From Rebecca billardiae RCC1528 (taxonomy: Eukaryota; Protista; Haptophyta): 64,000 nt of DNA. The stretch lies in assembly GCA_965240325.2 (NCBI GenBank), contig OZ251226.1:124001-188000 (forward strand). Reading direction: 5' to 3'. Under the pieces are notes generated by a model. That model made no database searches and was not told the DNA's origin. It worked only from the letters and a program-made list of their open reading frames with translations. Numbering within the stretch: the first letter of the stretch is position 1; every line of letters starts with the position of its first letter. A program made the translations under genes and the position numbers. Below are positions 35,485 to 46,060 of this stretch, in pieces.

Positions 35485-36856
35485 TCAGACGTCGATCTGG
35501 CAGTAGAACTCGGCCGCGACCTCCTTGGTGCGCGCGCGCAGCTCGTCAAAGTCGAGGTGCGCGTACGCCGGGTCGTGTAGCGCGCGCAGCAGCTCAGCGC
35601 GCAGCTCGTCCTCGTGGAACAGCCGCCCGCCGATGATGGCGGAGGTGAGCGCGCGCGAGAAGGCGTCGTACTCCGACTCGGCCTCAAGGCCGGGGCCGAC
35701 GTACTCGGCGGAGAGCGCCCGGCGGCGGCCCGAGCTCTCGCTGCGCGTGTGCCGCGCCGAGCTGGGCCGCGCGCGCGCGCTCCCGGAGGACGTCGCCGTG
35801 CGCGTCCAGGTGCCCCCGTCCGCCGTGCCCTCGCCCCGCCACCGCCGCGCGGACGCGGGCCGCGCGCCTGCCCGCGCGGTGCCGCTGGCCGCGCCGCTGC
35901 GCACCGTGCGCGACGTGCTGGAGGTGGTGATGCGCTTGCCCGAGCTGGTGACAACCCACGAGGAGGAGGACTCGTGGCGCATGCGCTGCTCGACGATCTC
36001 CTCGGCCCGCCGCGCGATCGCCGCCTCGCTCATCTGCCGCCACCGCTGCCGCCCCGCCGACGCCGGCCGCCGCGCCGCGCGCGCCGCCGCCGCGCTCAGC
36101 TCGAGGTCGAGCAGCGCGCCCGCAGGCAGCTCTTCTCTGCGCCGCAGCAGCCGCGCGGGGTTGTGCGTCGTGTCGAATGGGTTCTTCCGCCGCTCCGTCT
36201 CGGACGAGTAGTTCGCGATGCGCCGGTGCATGTGCGCGAGGTTGGCGCGGTGCGCCGCGTCTGCCGTCGCAGACGCGCTTCGGCGCGCACGTCGGTTGTT
36301 GCTCATCTGCTCGGCACTGCGCGGAGAGCGCAGGCGTGCGGCGGGTGCGCAGGGCGGAGCAGTGCACGGCGCGTGAGAGCGTGTGCGCGTGGGCACACCG
36401 CGCGCGCGCCGAAGCGCACGCGCACGCGCGGCACGCACAGCTGCTTGGAGCGCGTCTGGTGCTGAGCGAGTGCGCGCCGCGGCTTGTCACGGCCGTCGTG
36501 GATGTCCTCGATCTTGCGCTGGAGGCGGAGGAGCTCGCGGTACGACTGCGGGCGGGAGGGGCCCAAGTGGGGGTGCCGGGCGGTGAGCGCTGCGCGCGCG
36601 CGCAGCACGACACGCAGGCGCGCGTAGCGCACACACGCACCTCCTGCGTGTGGCCGGAGCGAAGCGTCGTGGACGGCGTCGGGCCGGGCGTCGTCTGCCA
36701 ACAGTCAATGGACGGCTTCACTGAAGCGAGGTTGCGGTGATGCGCGACCATGCGCTCGACCCATCGGTCCCTGCCGCCGGGGTTCTCGAGGCTGTCGACG
36801 AAGGCGATGCCGCGCCCGGCCGTCGCCTTGCAACCGCAGTGCGCGGACGCGGGCAT
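35485..36856 (-). CDS. SPATA7 (HSD3)-like ciliary protein; introns 36546-36640 and 36317-36438
   Basis: N-terminal ERMVAHHRNLASVKPSIDC and C-terminal YDAFSRALTSAIIGGRLFHEDEL..HLDFDELRARTKEV resemble the two conserved SPATA7 blocks; two GTGCGT..CGCAG introns give a continuous frame. Confidence 0.6.
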
Positions 36857-37040
36857 CCTGCTTCTCACGGCCTGGTTCAAACCGGCCGAACGGGCGAGGC
36901 GGAAAAAAGTTGTCCACGGAAAAGTAGCAGCGGATTTTCCGTGGAAATCGCCCGATGCTGCCGCGACGAGAGGTACCGTTGTCCGCCGTTGCCCTCGTAA
37001 TCGCGATCGTCCTCTGTCAACGAGCGCGCTCTCCTCGACC

Positions 37041-37328
37041 ATGCCGGGCGGCGACGCGATCCAGGGCCGCACGTCGGTGATGGCCAAGCCGGGCGAGGAC
37101 GCGGGACCGAAGATGGAGCAGGATCTTGAGTTCGCCGAGGTCAACCTGACTGCTCGCTTCATCATGGCTCTGGTGGTCCTCCTGTTCTTCGGCCACTGGT
37201 CCTACCGCGTTGCCACTCAGTGGCAATGCTTTGAGCTGGCGAAGACGTGTGCCAAGTATGGACGCGATCTGTACCACGTGAACGTGACATCGACGCCATT
37301 CTGCTCATTCTCCGTCTTTGGCAAGTAG
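37041..37328 (+). CDS. Small single-pass membrane protein, 95 aa, hypothetical
   Basis: ATG in ACC-ATG context, GC3-biased codons, TM segment FIMALVVLLFFGHW, Cys-containing C-terminus. Confidence 0.55.
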   Translation: MPGGDAIQGRTSVMAKPGEDAGPKMEQDLEFAEVNLTARFIMALVVLLFFGHWSYRVATQWQCFELAKTCAKYGRDLYHVNVTSTPFCSFSVFGK

Positions 37329-38483
37329 CTCAACTCGTCTGGGTCGAGCTGAGGGCAATCCTCAGCGCGCGTGCATGAATGCATGCGCGCTGCGCGCTGC
37401 GCTGTCCGCGGCCGCAGCTTCTGTCACTTGAGCAGATGATGCTGCCAACCCCTTTGCGCGCGGTGATGCAGGCCGCGGCAGGCGGTCCGTCCGCGACCGC
37501 GCCCATCATCATCGTGATCGTCAGGGCTCCATCATCGTCTGCAGCTTTTTGACATGTCCGATATGACAATGAGCCGGGGAATGAAGTTACTCACTCTCAG
37601 GCTCAGCTGACAGCCGAGGCCGGCAGCGCATCATCATCAGCATCATCAGCAACGTAGTGTATGTCGCGTCGACTCATCACCGTGTATATATGAAGGGCTC
37701 GGTGGAACTTGAGCCGGGGTGGAACTTGAGCCCGCACTTCCCAGCGACTTGCCCCATCGCGGCGTGGCTGGCACGCTCGGCACACGCTCCTGAGCGCTCG
37801 TTTCGCGGAGCGGCATCAGGCCTTGGGTAGACCAGGCAGACATGCCGCGACCGCATTACCGGGCCATGCGCGCACCACATTCGCGCTACGTGGCCTGCGT
37901 GCTGGACGACGACTGAACGGTCAATCCCGAGCCATCGTCACTAGCGTTAGCAGTTACTTTCCATCATCCGACTGCATGGCCCGCATGCATGCACGACAGG
38001 CTGGCAATACTGGCGCGCGGCATATCGCTGGCTGCATGGCCATGACTCTGATGCACCGCCCTGGCCGAGTCAGACAGTGCTAAGTAGTGGCGGTATGATG
38101 AGTCATTTGTCACGGAGTCACCTTCAGAGGGCGTCGCGACAAGCGCAGAACAGGTGACGCGTCGCAGCCGCCGCAGGTCCAGGACTAACAGACTAACTTA
38201 TTTATTATTATTTCGGGCCTATACTCTTGCGTGATATAGATCGATGATATATGTGCGCCTTCGTCTTGATATGCATCGAGCACTGTCAGCGGCGAGGTAT
38301 CACGGATATATATATGCGCGCGCGATGATGACGACTACGATTATTTGTAATAATGTATATATATATAGTAGTACGCAGTGGTCGTCGTCGATATCTGCTG
38401 TCAACCGTGGCCACGGCCCGCAGCATCACGCCTGGCGCGCCGCCGCGGCCACGCCCCCTTGTAGAACACGACGATGGCAGTGC

Positions 38484-38581
38484 CCACGGGCTGCGCGTCA
38501 CGGCGTTACACTGTCGGGCAAGCCGGCCGCGCCACGGGCTGCGCGTCACGGCGTCACGCTGTCGGGCGAGCCGGCCGCGCC
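38484..38581. repeat. 48-bp tandem duplication spanning the hydrolase stop codon
   Basis: CCACGGGCTGCGCGTCACGGCGT[TC]AC[AG]CTGTCGGGC[AG]AGCCGGCCGCG at 38484 and 38532. Confidence 0.9.
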
Positions 38582-40006
38582 GAGCACGGCCTGCTCTGCT
38601 GCTGATGCCGACGGCGCGGACGGCGCGCCGTCGTACGCCTCGTTGATGCGCGCGCGCGTGAGCGGCACGTGGAACCACGACCAGGTGCGCATCTCGGGCG
38701 CGCAGTGCAGCTTCTCCGCGAGCTCGTGCACGCGGCCGCCCTCCGACCCGCCGCCGCCATCCGCGCCGAGCTCGGCGCCCGGCGATCGCGCGAGCGGCGA
38801 AGCGGCCACCGCCGCCTCGCCCGGCTGCACCAGCTGCTGCAGCGCCGAGCGCACCGCGCTCGAGACGCGCGCGGCGCCCTCGCCCGAGAAGGGGCAGTGG
38901 CCTTCGTCGATCTCGACGAGCGGCACCGCCTGCCCCGCCGCCTCGGACAGCCACCGCGCCGCGTGCCGCCCCAGCTCGATCGGCAGGATCGGGTCCTCCC
39001 GCCCCCACACGAGCCCGAGCCTGCCCGAGGCGGCGACGCGCATCGCCGTGCCGAGCGCGGGCGCGCACCAGCGCGCGCCCACGAGGCGGAGCTGGATGAA
39101 GCGGCCGATCACGTCGAGGCGCGAGCGCGCCGCCTGCACCTGCACGAACAGCCGCGTGTACGCCCCCGCCGAGTGCAGCACGGGCTCGAGCGCCAGCTTC
39201 GCCAGCGTTGGCCCGAGCAGCTGCAGCACGCTCATCGGCAGGCCGAGCTTGAACCAGACCGCCCACATCGCGCCGTGCGCGCCCAGCGTGGGCGCGAGGC
39301 CGGCGGGGTTGATCAGCACGGCGGCGCGCACGCGCGCGCACCGCTCGGCCACGTGCACGCCCACGAACCCGCCGAACGAGTGCGCCACCAGCACCGCGCC
39401 CTCCAGCCCGCGCGCCGCCAAGAAGCCCTCGAGCGCCGCGCAGCACACGCCGAGCGACTGCGCCGCGTCCGCGCGCTCGAGGCCGCCGGTGGACGAGACG
39501 CCGAAGCCGGGCAGGTCGACGGCGTACACGTCGTACTCGTCCGTAAACTCGCCCGCCACGTCGGCCGCGAGCAGCATCGCGCACGAGCCCACGCCGTGCA
39601 CGAGGACGAGAGCGCCGCGCGCGCCCGAGCCGTTGCGGCACGGCACGTGCACCGCGTGCACGTCGAGGCCGTCCGCGACGCGCGTCCACGAGGTGCTCGC
39701 GCCGGGCGGGAAGCTCTCGCGGAGCACCGCGTCCGACCAGCTGCGCAGCGCGTCGCCCGAGATCTGCCGGCCGAGCGAGGGCGGCACGTCCTTCATCGCC
39801 GCCTGCCGCTTGTGGTCGATCAGGCCGCACATCACGCACCCGACGACGAGGAGGCCGACGAGGCCGTGCAGCACGACGATGGCGAAGCCGAGTAGCCCCG
39901 CCCAGAACAGCAGCGCCGCCGCGAGCGCCTCCACGCGCCACGTCGCGCGGCGGCGCGACGCCGGGAGCGGCACGGCCGCGCCGCCGCGCTCACGACCGGC
40001 CCCCAT
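38546..40006 (-). CDS. Membrane-anchored alpha/beta hydrolase (ABHD4/5/Cld1-like)
   Basis: LVLVHGVG, VYAVDLPGFGVS, nucleophile elbow VAHSFGG, VWGREDPILP, EGHCPF; N-terminal TM segments. Confidence 0.88.
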   Translation of the reverse strand: MGAGRERGGAAVPLPASRRRATWRVEALAAALLFWAGLLGFAIVVLHGLVGLLVVGCVMCGLIDHKRQAAMKDVPPSLGRQISGDALRSWSDAVLRESFPPGASTSWTRVADGLDVHAVHVPCRNGSGARGALVLVHGVGSCAMLLAADVAGEFTDEYDVYAVDLPGFGVSSTGGLERADAAQSLGVCCAALEGFLAARGLEGAVLVAHSFGGFVGVHVAERCARVRAAVLINPAGLAPTLGAHGAMWAVWFKLGLPMSVLQLLGPTLAKLALEPVLHSAGAYTRLFVQVQAARSRLDVIGRFIQLRLVGARWCAPALGTAMRVAASGRLGLVWGREDPILPIELGRHAARWLSEAAGQAVPLVEIDEGHCPFSGEGAARVSSAVRSALQQLVQPGEAAVAASPLARSPGAELGADGGGGSEGGRVHELAEKLHCAPEMRTWSWFHVPLTRARINEAYDGAPSAPSASAAEQAVLGAAGSPDSVTP

Positions 40007-40240
40007 GAGGTGAGATTCTCGGATTCCCCGCGGCTGCCTGCTGGTGAACCGTGAACTGCATTTACTGATGCAATCTGGTATCTCATCATTGACTACATTG
40101 GACTGATGAGCGACGACAGCCAGTGTTCAACTGGTCAATCTCTGACAGTCATCTGATAGTGGAGGGCGCAAGATGCCGCACTCGCTCGCGGCCCGACGGC
40201 GTGCAGAACCTGCGCGTGTCCGAATACACACAGCAGCTCT

Positions 40241-41786
40241 CTAGCGCAGCTCGAACGGCGGCTCGAAGGAACGCCCGTGCACGCGCTCGCGCAACCCTGC
40301 GCCGCGCCGCCCAGCGCGCGCGCGCGCGCGGTGTCGGGGCGAAGAAGCCCGTGAGCGGCGGCTGCGCGGGTCGTCGGCGCCGCGCGGCGCGGCGCGCACC
40401 CTCGCCGTCGAACGTGACCAGCGGCGAGATCTCGACCAGCCCCTCGCCCTCGCCCACGCGCGCGCCCGCGCCCTCGAGCTTGCGCCGCGCCCACGCGGAC
40501 AGCAGCGCGCGCGCCGTGTCGGGCGAGTCCGACGGCGCGCCCGGCGCGTTCTTGACGGGGGCGAACTCGTCGTCGCGCTCGACCTGCAGCGCGACCATCT
40601 TGTCCGCGAAGCCGAACGCGTCGAAGATGAAGAGCTCGAGCTTGAGCCCGTCCACCTCGCCCTCGGCGTGCGGCAGGCGCGCCGCCGCGCCGTCGGGCGC
40701 AGCGGCCGCGTGCGCGTGCGCGCGGATGCGCTTGCGCGCAATGTGCAGCGGCAGCGCGCACGCGGGGTCGCGCGCGATGCGCGCGACGAAGGGCAGGGCG
40801 AACCAGTTCACGCAGATGTGCGCCGCGCCGTACAGCAGCCCGCCGCCCTCCGCCGCCACCGCCTCCGCCGTGCGCGCGTCGATCTCCGAGTACTCAAGCA
40901 CCGCCGCGCGCCCGCGCAGCGCGGCGAGCACGCCCACGCGCTCGTGCGCGTGCGCCTTGGGCACGACCTTCGCGGCGCACTCGGCGCGCTCGCGCGCGCA
41001 GAAGGCGACGAAGGTGGGGTCCGCCACGTGGCACAGCGCGTTGTCCACGCACAGCTGGAACACCCCGCGCACGCCGCGCGCCTCGAGCTCGCCCAGCAGC
41101 CCAGAGCGCTCGAGCGCGCCGTACACGCCGCCGTTGCCGTCGGGCGCCATCGCGAGCCGGCCGGCGCCCTCGACGAGGGCGTTGCCGTCAGCGTCGAGGC
41201 ACGGGAGCATGCCCTGCTCGAACAGCCGCACGTCCTCCTCCGGCAGCCCGAACCGCGCGTGCGCCTCGAAGAAGGCCGCCGTCTCCGCGTGCGTCGCGTC
41301 GGACGTCATCACGAGCAGCGGCAGCCGCACGCTGCTCACACGCACGCCGGCGGCGTCGGCGGCGAGCTGCCGGACGCGGAGCAGCCGCTCGGCGTGGTAC
41401 TGGAAGAGCGACTTGCCCGACGGCATGCCGATGTCGTAGCACCCCTTCGGCCGGCTCGAGCCCAGCCGCGTGCCCTGCCCTCCGGCCAGCAGCAGCACAG
41501 CCAGCTCGCCGCGCGCGATCAGGCGGCAGCCCTCCTCCCAGAGTGCGGCGCGCTCGTCGGGCAGCATCTCGGCGAGCACGCTGACGCCCTCGAACGGCGA
41601 CAGCGCGCGCTCGGCCCCCGTCGCCTCCGCCGCGCCCAGCGCCTGCGCCAGCCGCGAGCGCAGCCCTCCGAGCTCGCAGCCGCGCAGCTGCGCAAAAGCC
41701 GGCGCGGCGTCGTCAGCGAGCAGGGGCGCGAGGTGGCTCTGACGCTCGGCCGCGAGCACGTCTAGCAGCTCCGCGCGCGTGCGCAT
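40241..41786 (-). CDS. UAP1: UDP-N-acetylglucosamine pyrophosphorylase; intron 40297-40399
   Basis: LLAGGQGTRLGSSRPKG, MAPDGNGG, CVDNAL..DPTFV, KLELFIFDAF, EFAPVKNA, EISPLVTFDGEG|LRERVHGRSFEPPFELR after splicing. Confidence 0.95.
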
Positions 41787-42087
41787 CGCAGCCCTCGCGC
41801 CGCGCACCGCGGCCACGCTCCACCGGCGCGTGGTTGGGCCGCGCTCTGATGAGAGCCGCGCGAAATCGACGACGATGGCAGTCGTCCCGGCTGCCCAGCC
41901 AGCAGCCAACGGGCTCAAGCCAACCGCTGGCCCCGGACGGCTGCGCTTTGAGCTTTGGAAGACTGTGTCCGGGCCATGGACACCTGGGCTGCTGCTGCTC
42001 GACGGCGGGAGAGCTGCAGTCGCTGCCGGGCCAGCGCGGGAACACAATCGACGTGCGCGCGCACCGGCCGGGGCGGTGGGCGAAGAG

Positions 42088-45000
42088 ATGTGGCCCGCGC
42101 GCAAGAGCCCACAGCCGACGCGGAAGAGCCCGGGCGGCAGCTCGGGCTCTCTGCCCTCGTCCAGATCGCGCTTCGGCTCGATCTCGTCCTCGTTCTCGGG
42201 CTCGCTCTCGCCCGAGCGCACGATCCGCCGGCCGCGCGGCGCGAGCATCTTCCGCCAGTCGACCAGCCTGCTCTCGTCGGGCAGCGACCACCACGCCGCG
42301 CTCGTCGCGCCGCTGATGCGCCGCATGTCCGAGGTCGAGCGCACGTGGGAGGAGGGCCGCTCGATCGGCACCTTCCCCGCGCTGCTCACCATCCTCGAGA
42401 TGATGTGGGGCGTCGTGATGTTCCTCAAGTTCGGCTGGGCGATCTCGCACGCGGGGCTGCCGCTCGCGCTGCTCGCCGTGCTCGTCTCAGTCGTGACGCA
42501 GCTCCTCTCCGCCTCCTCGCTCTCCGCGCTCGCGACCAACGACATGCGGTACACGGGCCCGCTCTCGATGCTCTCGCACAACCTGGGCGGCGGCGTCGGC
42601 ATCACGGTCGGCAGCCTCTACTTCCTCGGGCTGAGCGCGCTGGCGGGCGTCGAGATCGCGGGCTCGGTCGAGGTGCTGGACGACTGGCTGCGCGGCGCGG
42701 ACGGCCAGCGCGACGCGCTCCTCTCCTCCGAGTACGCCGACCAGCTCGTCCTCTCGACGTGCGCGCTGCTGCTGCTCGGGCTTGTGCGCGCGTACTACCC
42801 GCCCCTCGTCCACCTCGCGTCGTACGTGGTGCTCGCGACGGTGTTCGTCGCGATCCTCGCGTGCACGGCGGGGCTGTGCCTCGCGGGGCTCTCGCTCGAC
42901 AAGCTCCGCGCCAACGTCGCCACCTCCGCCTCCGCGAGCTGGTCGGACTTTGGCGAGGTGCTCGTGTTTGTGTACCCGTGCTTCCTCGGGCTGTTCGGCG
43001 CGGCCAACAAGGCCAAGCAGCTGCTCCGCCCGACGGTCTCGATCCCGAGGGCGACGCTCGCGGCGCCGCTGCTGAGCGGGGTGCTGTACGCGTTCATGAT
43101 GCTCGTGCTCGCCGCCGGCGCGACGCCCGACGAGCTCGGCGCGAGCGAGACGCACTACCTCGCGCTCGCGTGGCCGCACCCGGCGGTCGGGTACGTGGGC
43201 GCGATGGTGATCGGCGTGGGCAGCTGCCTCACCTGCGTCGACGTCGCGCCGTGGATGCTCTTCGCGATCTCGCAGGAGGCGCGGCTGCCGTGGCTGCGCA
43301 CGCTCGGGCTCGACCAGCTCACGGGCGGCGAGCCCGTCCGCGCCGTGGTCGTGACGCTGCTGCTCTCGCTTCCGTTCCTGTGCGCGCCCGAGCTCGGCAC
43401 GATCGCCACGTGCGCCGCCATCTCCTTCCTCGCCATGTACGGCACGATGAACACGGCGTGCTTCGTGATGTCGGCGGCGCAGCTGCCGAGCTGGCGTCCG
43501 GTCTTCGACACGCACGGCTGGCGCCTCTCGCTCCTCGGCATGCTCATCTCGCTGTGCGTGCAGCTGACGCTCTCCCCGCTGGTCGCGGGACTCATCATCG
43601 GCCTCTCGGTGGCGGCCATCCTGCTGATCGAGCAGAGCGCCGTCGCCGTCGAGTACAACTCGCACGTCGCGATCAAGGGCGTCAAGTACAAGATGGTGCG
43701 CGGCGCGGCGCGGCGCGGCGCGGCGCGGCGAGGTCGGGCGTGGGGCACCGGCGTGCACGCGTGCGCCCACGCTTCACGCGCACCCGCCGCCGCCTCCCGC
43801 CGCCGCCTCCCGCCGCCGCCTCCCGCTCCGCCCGGCCCCTCCGCCGGCCCTCTTGGCAGGCGCACGCGCTGCTGCTCTCGTTCGACAGGCGCGAGGACGC
43901 GGGCCAGTACGACTCGACCGACTGCGACGCGGACTACTGGCGGCCGCAGGTGCTGTGCTACCTCGACTCGCAGGGCTCGGGCCTCTCCGGCCAGGAGCCC
44001 TCGACGGCCGTGCCCGGCGCGCGCCGCTCCGAGTCTGACTGGGCGCACCGCTCGCGCGAGTTGCTGCGTTTTGTGTCGCAGCTCAAGGGGTCGGGCGGGC
44101 TCGCGATGGTGAGCTCGACGGTGTGCTCGGCCAACGCGGTGCTCAAGGTGCTCGCCGCCGCGCCCTCGCCGCCCAAGCGCTCGCGCCAGCCCTCTGCCGG
44201 CGTCAGCTCCCGGCGCGGCTCGCAGCCGCAGCTGCCCCCCATCAGCTCGCTGTCGGCCGCAGAGTGCGCCGCGCTCGCGGACGCGGCGGGCGCGGGCGCG
44301 GCGCCGCCGCTGTCGCCGTGCATCGAGGAGGGCTCCGAGCGGGCCAACTCGGAGGCGAGCGTCGTGCCGCCGCGCGCCTCGTCCGACGGCACGATCGAGC
44401 CGCTCGTGCCCAGCGCCGCCGTGCCCCTCTCCACCGCCAGCTCCTCCTCCTCCTTGCTCGGCGGCGCGTGCAGCGGCGCGCGCCGCCTCGCGCCGCCGCC
44501 GGCCGGCGCGGGCGACGCGTGCGACGTGAGCGAGCTGACCGAGCTGACCTCGTCGCGGGAGTGCGTGAGCCAGTTCGACGAGATGCTCGAGGTGATGCGG
44601 CGGGACGCCGACCTCAAGGCGCGCCTCGAGGAGCGCATCTGGTGCCTGATGGACGAGGCGAAGCTGCTCGGCTTCTGCTCTGTCGTCTTCTCGCACTCGC
44701 CCACGCACGCAGACTCGATGCTGCTGCAGCTGAGCGGCATCGGCGGGCTGCGGCCCAACACGGTGACGCTGCTCTGGCCGGAGGAGGCGCCACTGGGCAC
44801 GCCGGCGGACGAGCGGCGCGCGCGCGCCGAGCGCTTCCTCGCCTTCCTCGTCTCGTGCTCGGTGCACAACAAGGCGATCATCTGCCTCAAGCTGGAGCAG
44901 GGCGCGTCGATGGAGCCGCCGCCCAGCCTGCTGCTGGCGCACACCAACGTGATCGACCTGTGGTGGGTGGTGCACGACGCGGGGCTGCTCGTGCTGCTCG

Positions 45001-45611
45001 CGCACCTGCTGCTCAAGAACGTGGCGTGGGTGCACTGCCGGCTGCGCGTCTTCACCATCTGCCTCTCCGCCGCCGAGCGCGAGCGCGTCAAGCGCAACCT
45101 CGAGGGGTACCTGACGCGGATCCACCGCATCGACGTGGCCGAAGTGCACGTGCTTGTGCTCGAGCCCGGGCTCTCGCGCAGGCCGTCCGGCTCGACCGAG
45201 CCGGGCGGCGGCGAGGGGGCGGCGGACTCGCCGTTCCACGCGCTTGTGCTCGAGCACTCCGCCTCGTCCGCGCTCGTCATCATGAACCTGCCGCAGCCCG
45301 GCCGCTCCGCCGCGCTCGAGCCCGAGGCCTACATCGAGTCTGTGAGCAGACTGACCGACGGCCTCACGCGCTGCATGCTGGTGCACGGCTCGGGCAACCA
45401 GGGGCTGACCGAGCAGATCAAGGGGGCGGAGAAGCTCACCTCGGCGATCGACGCGGTCGAGCAGCGCGCGGCCGTGCGCCGGCAGTCCGTCATCGCGACC
45501 GAGCAGGTGCAGCGCGCGCACGTGCGCCGGCAGTCGCTCATGGCCGCGAACGCCGCCGTCGCCGCCGGCTGCGCGCGCCCGCCGTCGCTCGCCGCCATGC
45601 CGCCGCTCTGA
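42088..45611 (+). CDS. Cation-chloride cotransporter (SLC12A family); intron 43696-43859; start could be 41875
   Basis: MWGVVMFLKFGWAI, SLSALATN, LGGGVGITVG, PSWRPVF, YWRPQVL, LLQLSGIGGLRPNTV, IDLWWVVHDAGLLVLLAHLL, WVHCRLRVF, ALVIMNLP. Confidence 0.93.
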
Positions 45612-46060
45612 GTCCTGACGAGCCTGATGAGGCCGGGGCTGATGGTCTGCTACTGTATACTACGGGCACGACTGACAGTCAGTGATGAGCAGTCCGCCGT
45701 GATGCGTATACTAGCTAGCAGCTACGACAGCCGAGCGCAGCAGAGTCTGACGAGCGGGCTGCATCGGCCTCGGACGGCGCGATCGTCACACTCACAGTCT
45801 GCACTGCTGGACTCTGGAGGTGCCGTTGCGCGCAGGCACCGTTGGCATCACGCAGCAGTGGCCGTGTCCGTGAGGTGCGCGTGCTCGCCGGCCAGGCCAC
45901 CGCGGCGTCCGTCCCGTGAGCGCGCGGCGCGCGTACAGTATGACATGAGAGCTCGCGCACGCGCAGGCGGCGAGTGGCTCTCTCCCACGGCCGCGCCCAG
46001 CACGCCCCCCGCCGCGTGCGCCTCCCCGCGCCCGCATCGGCGCGCCTCGTCGGCCGCCGC

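Noticed and set aside
40149-42605. 818-aa UAP ORF overlapping the SLC12 gene
   Set aside because: Homology starts near ATG 41786 and the true C-terminus comes from splicing to the exon ending at 40241.
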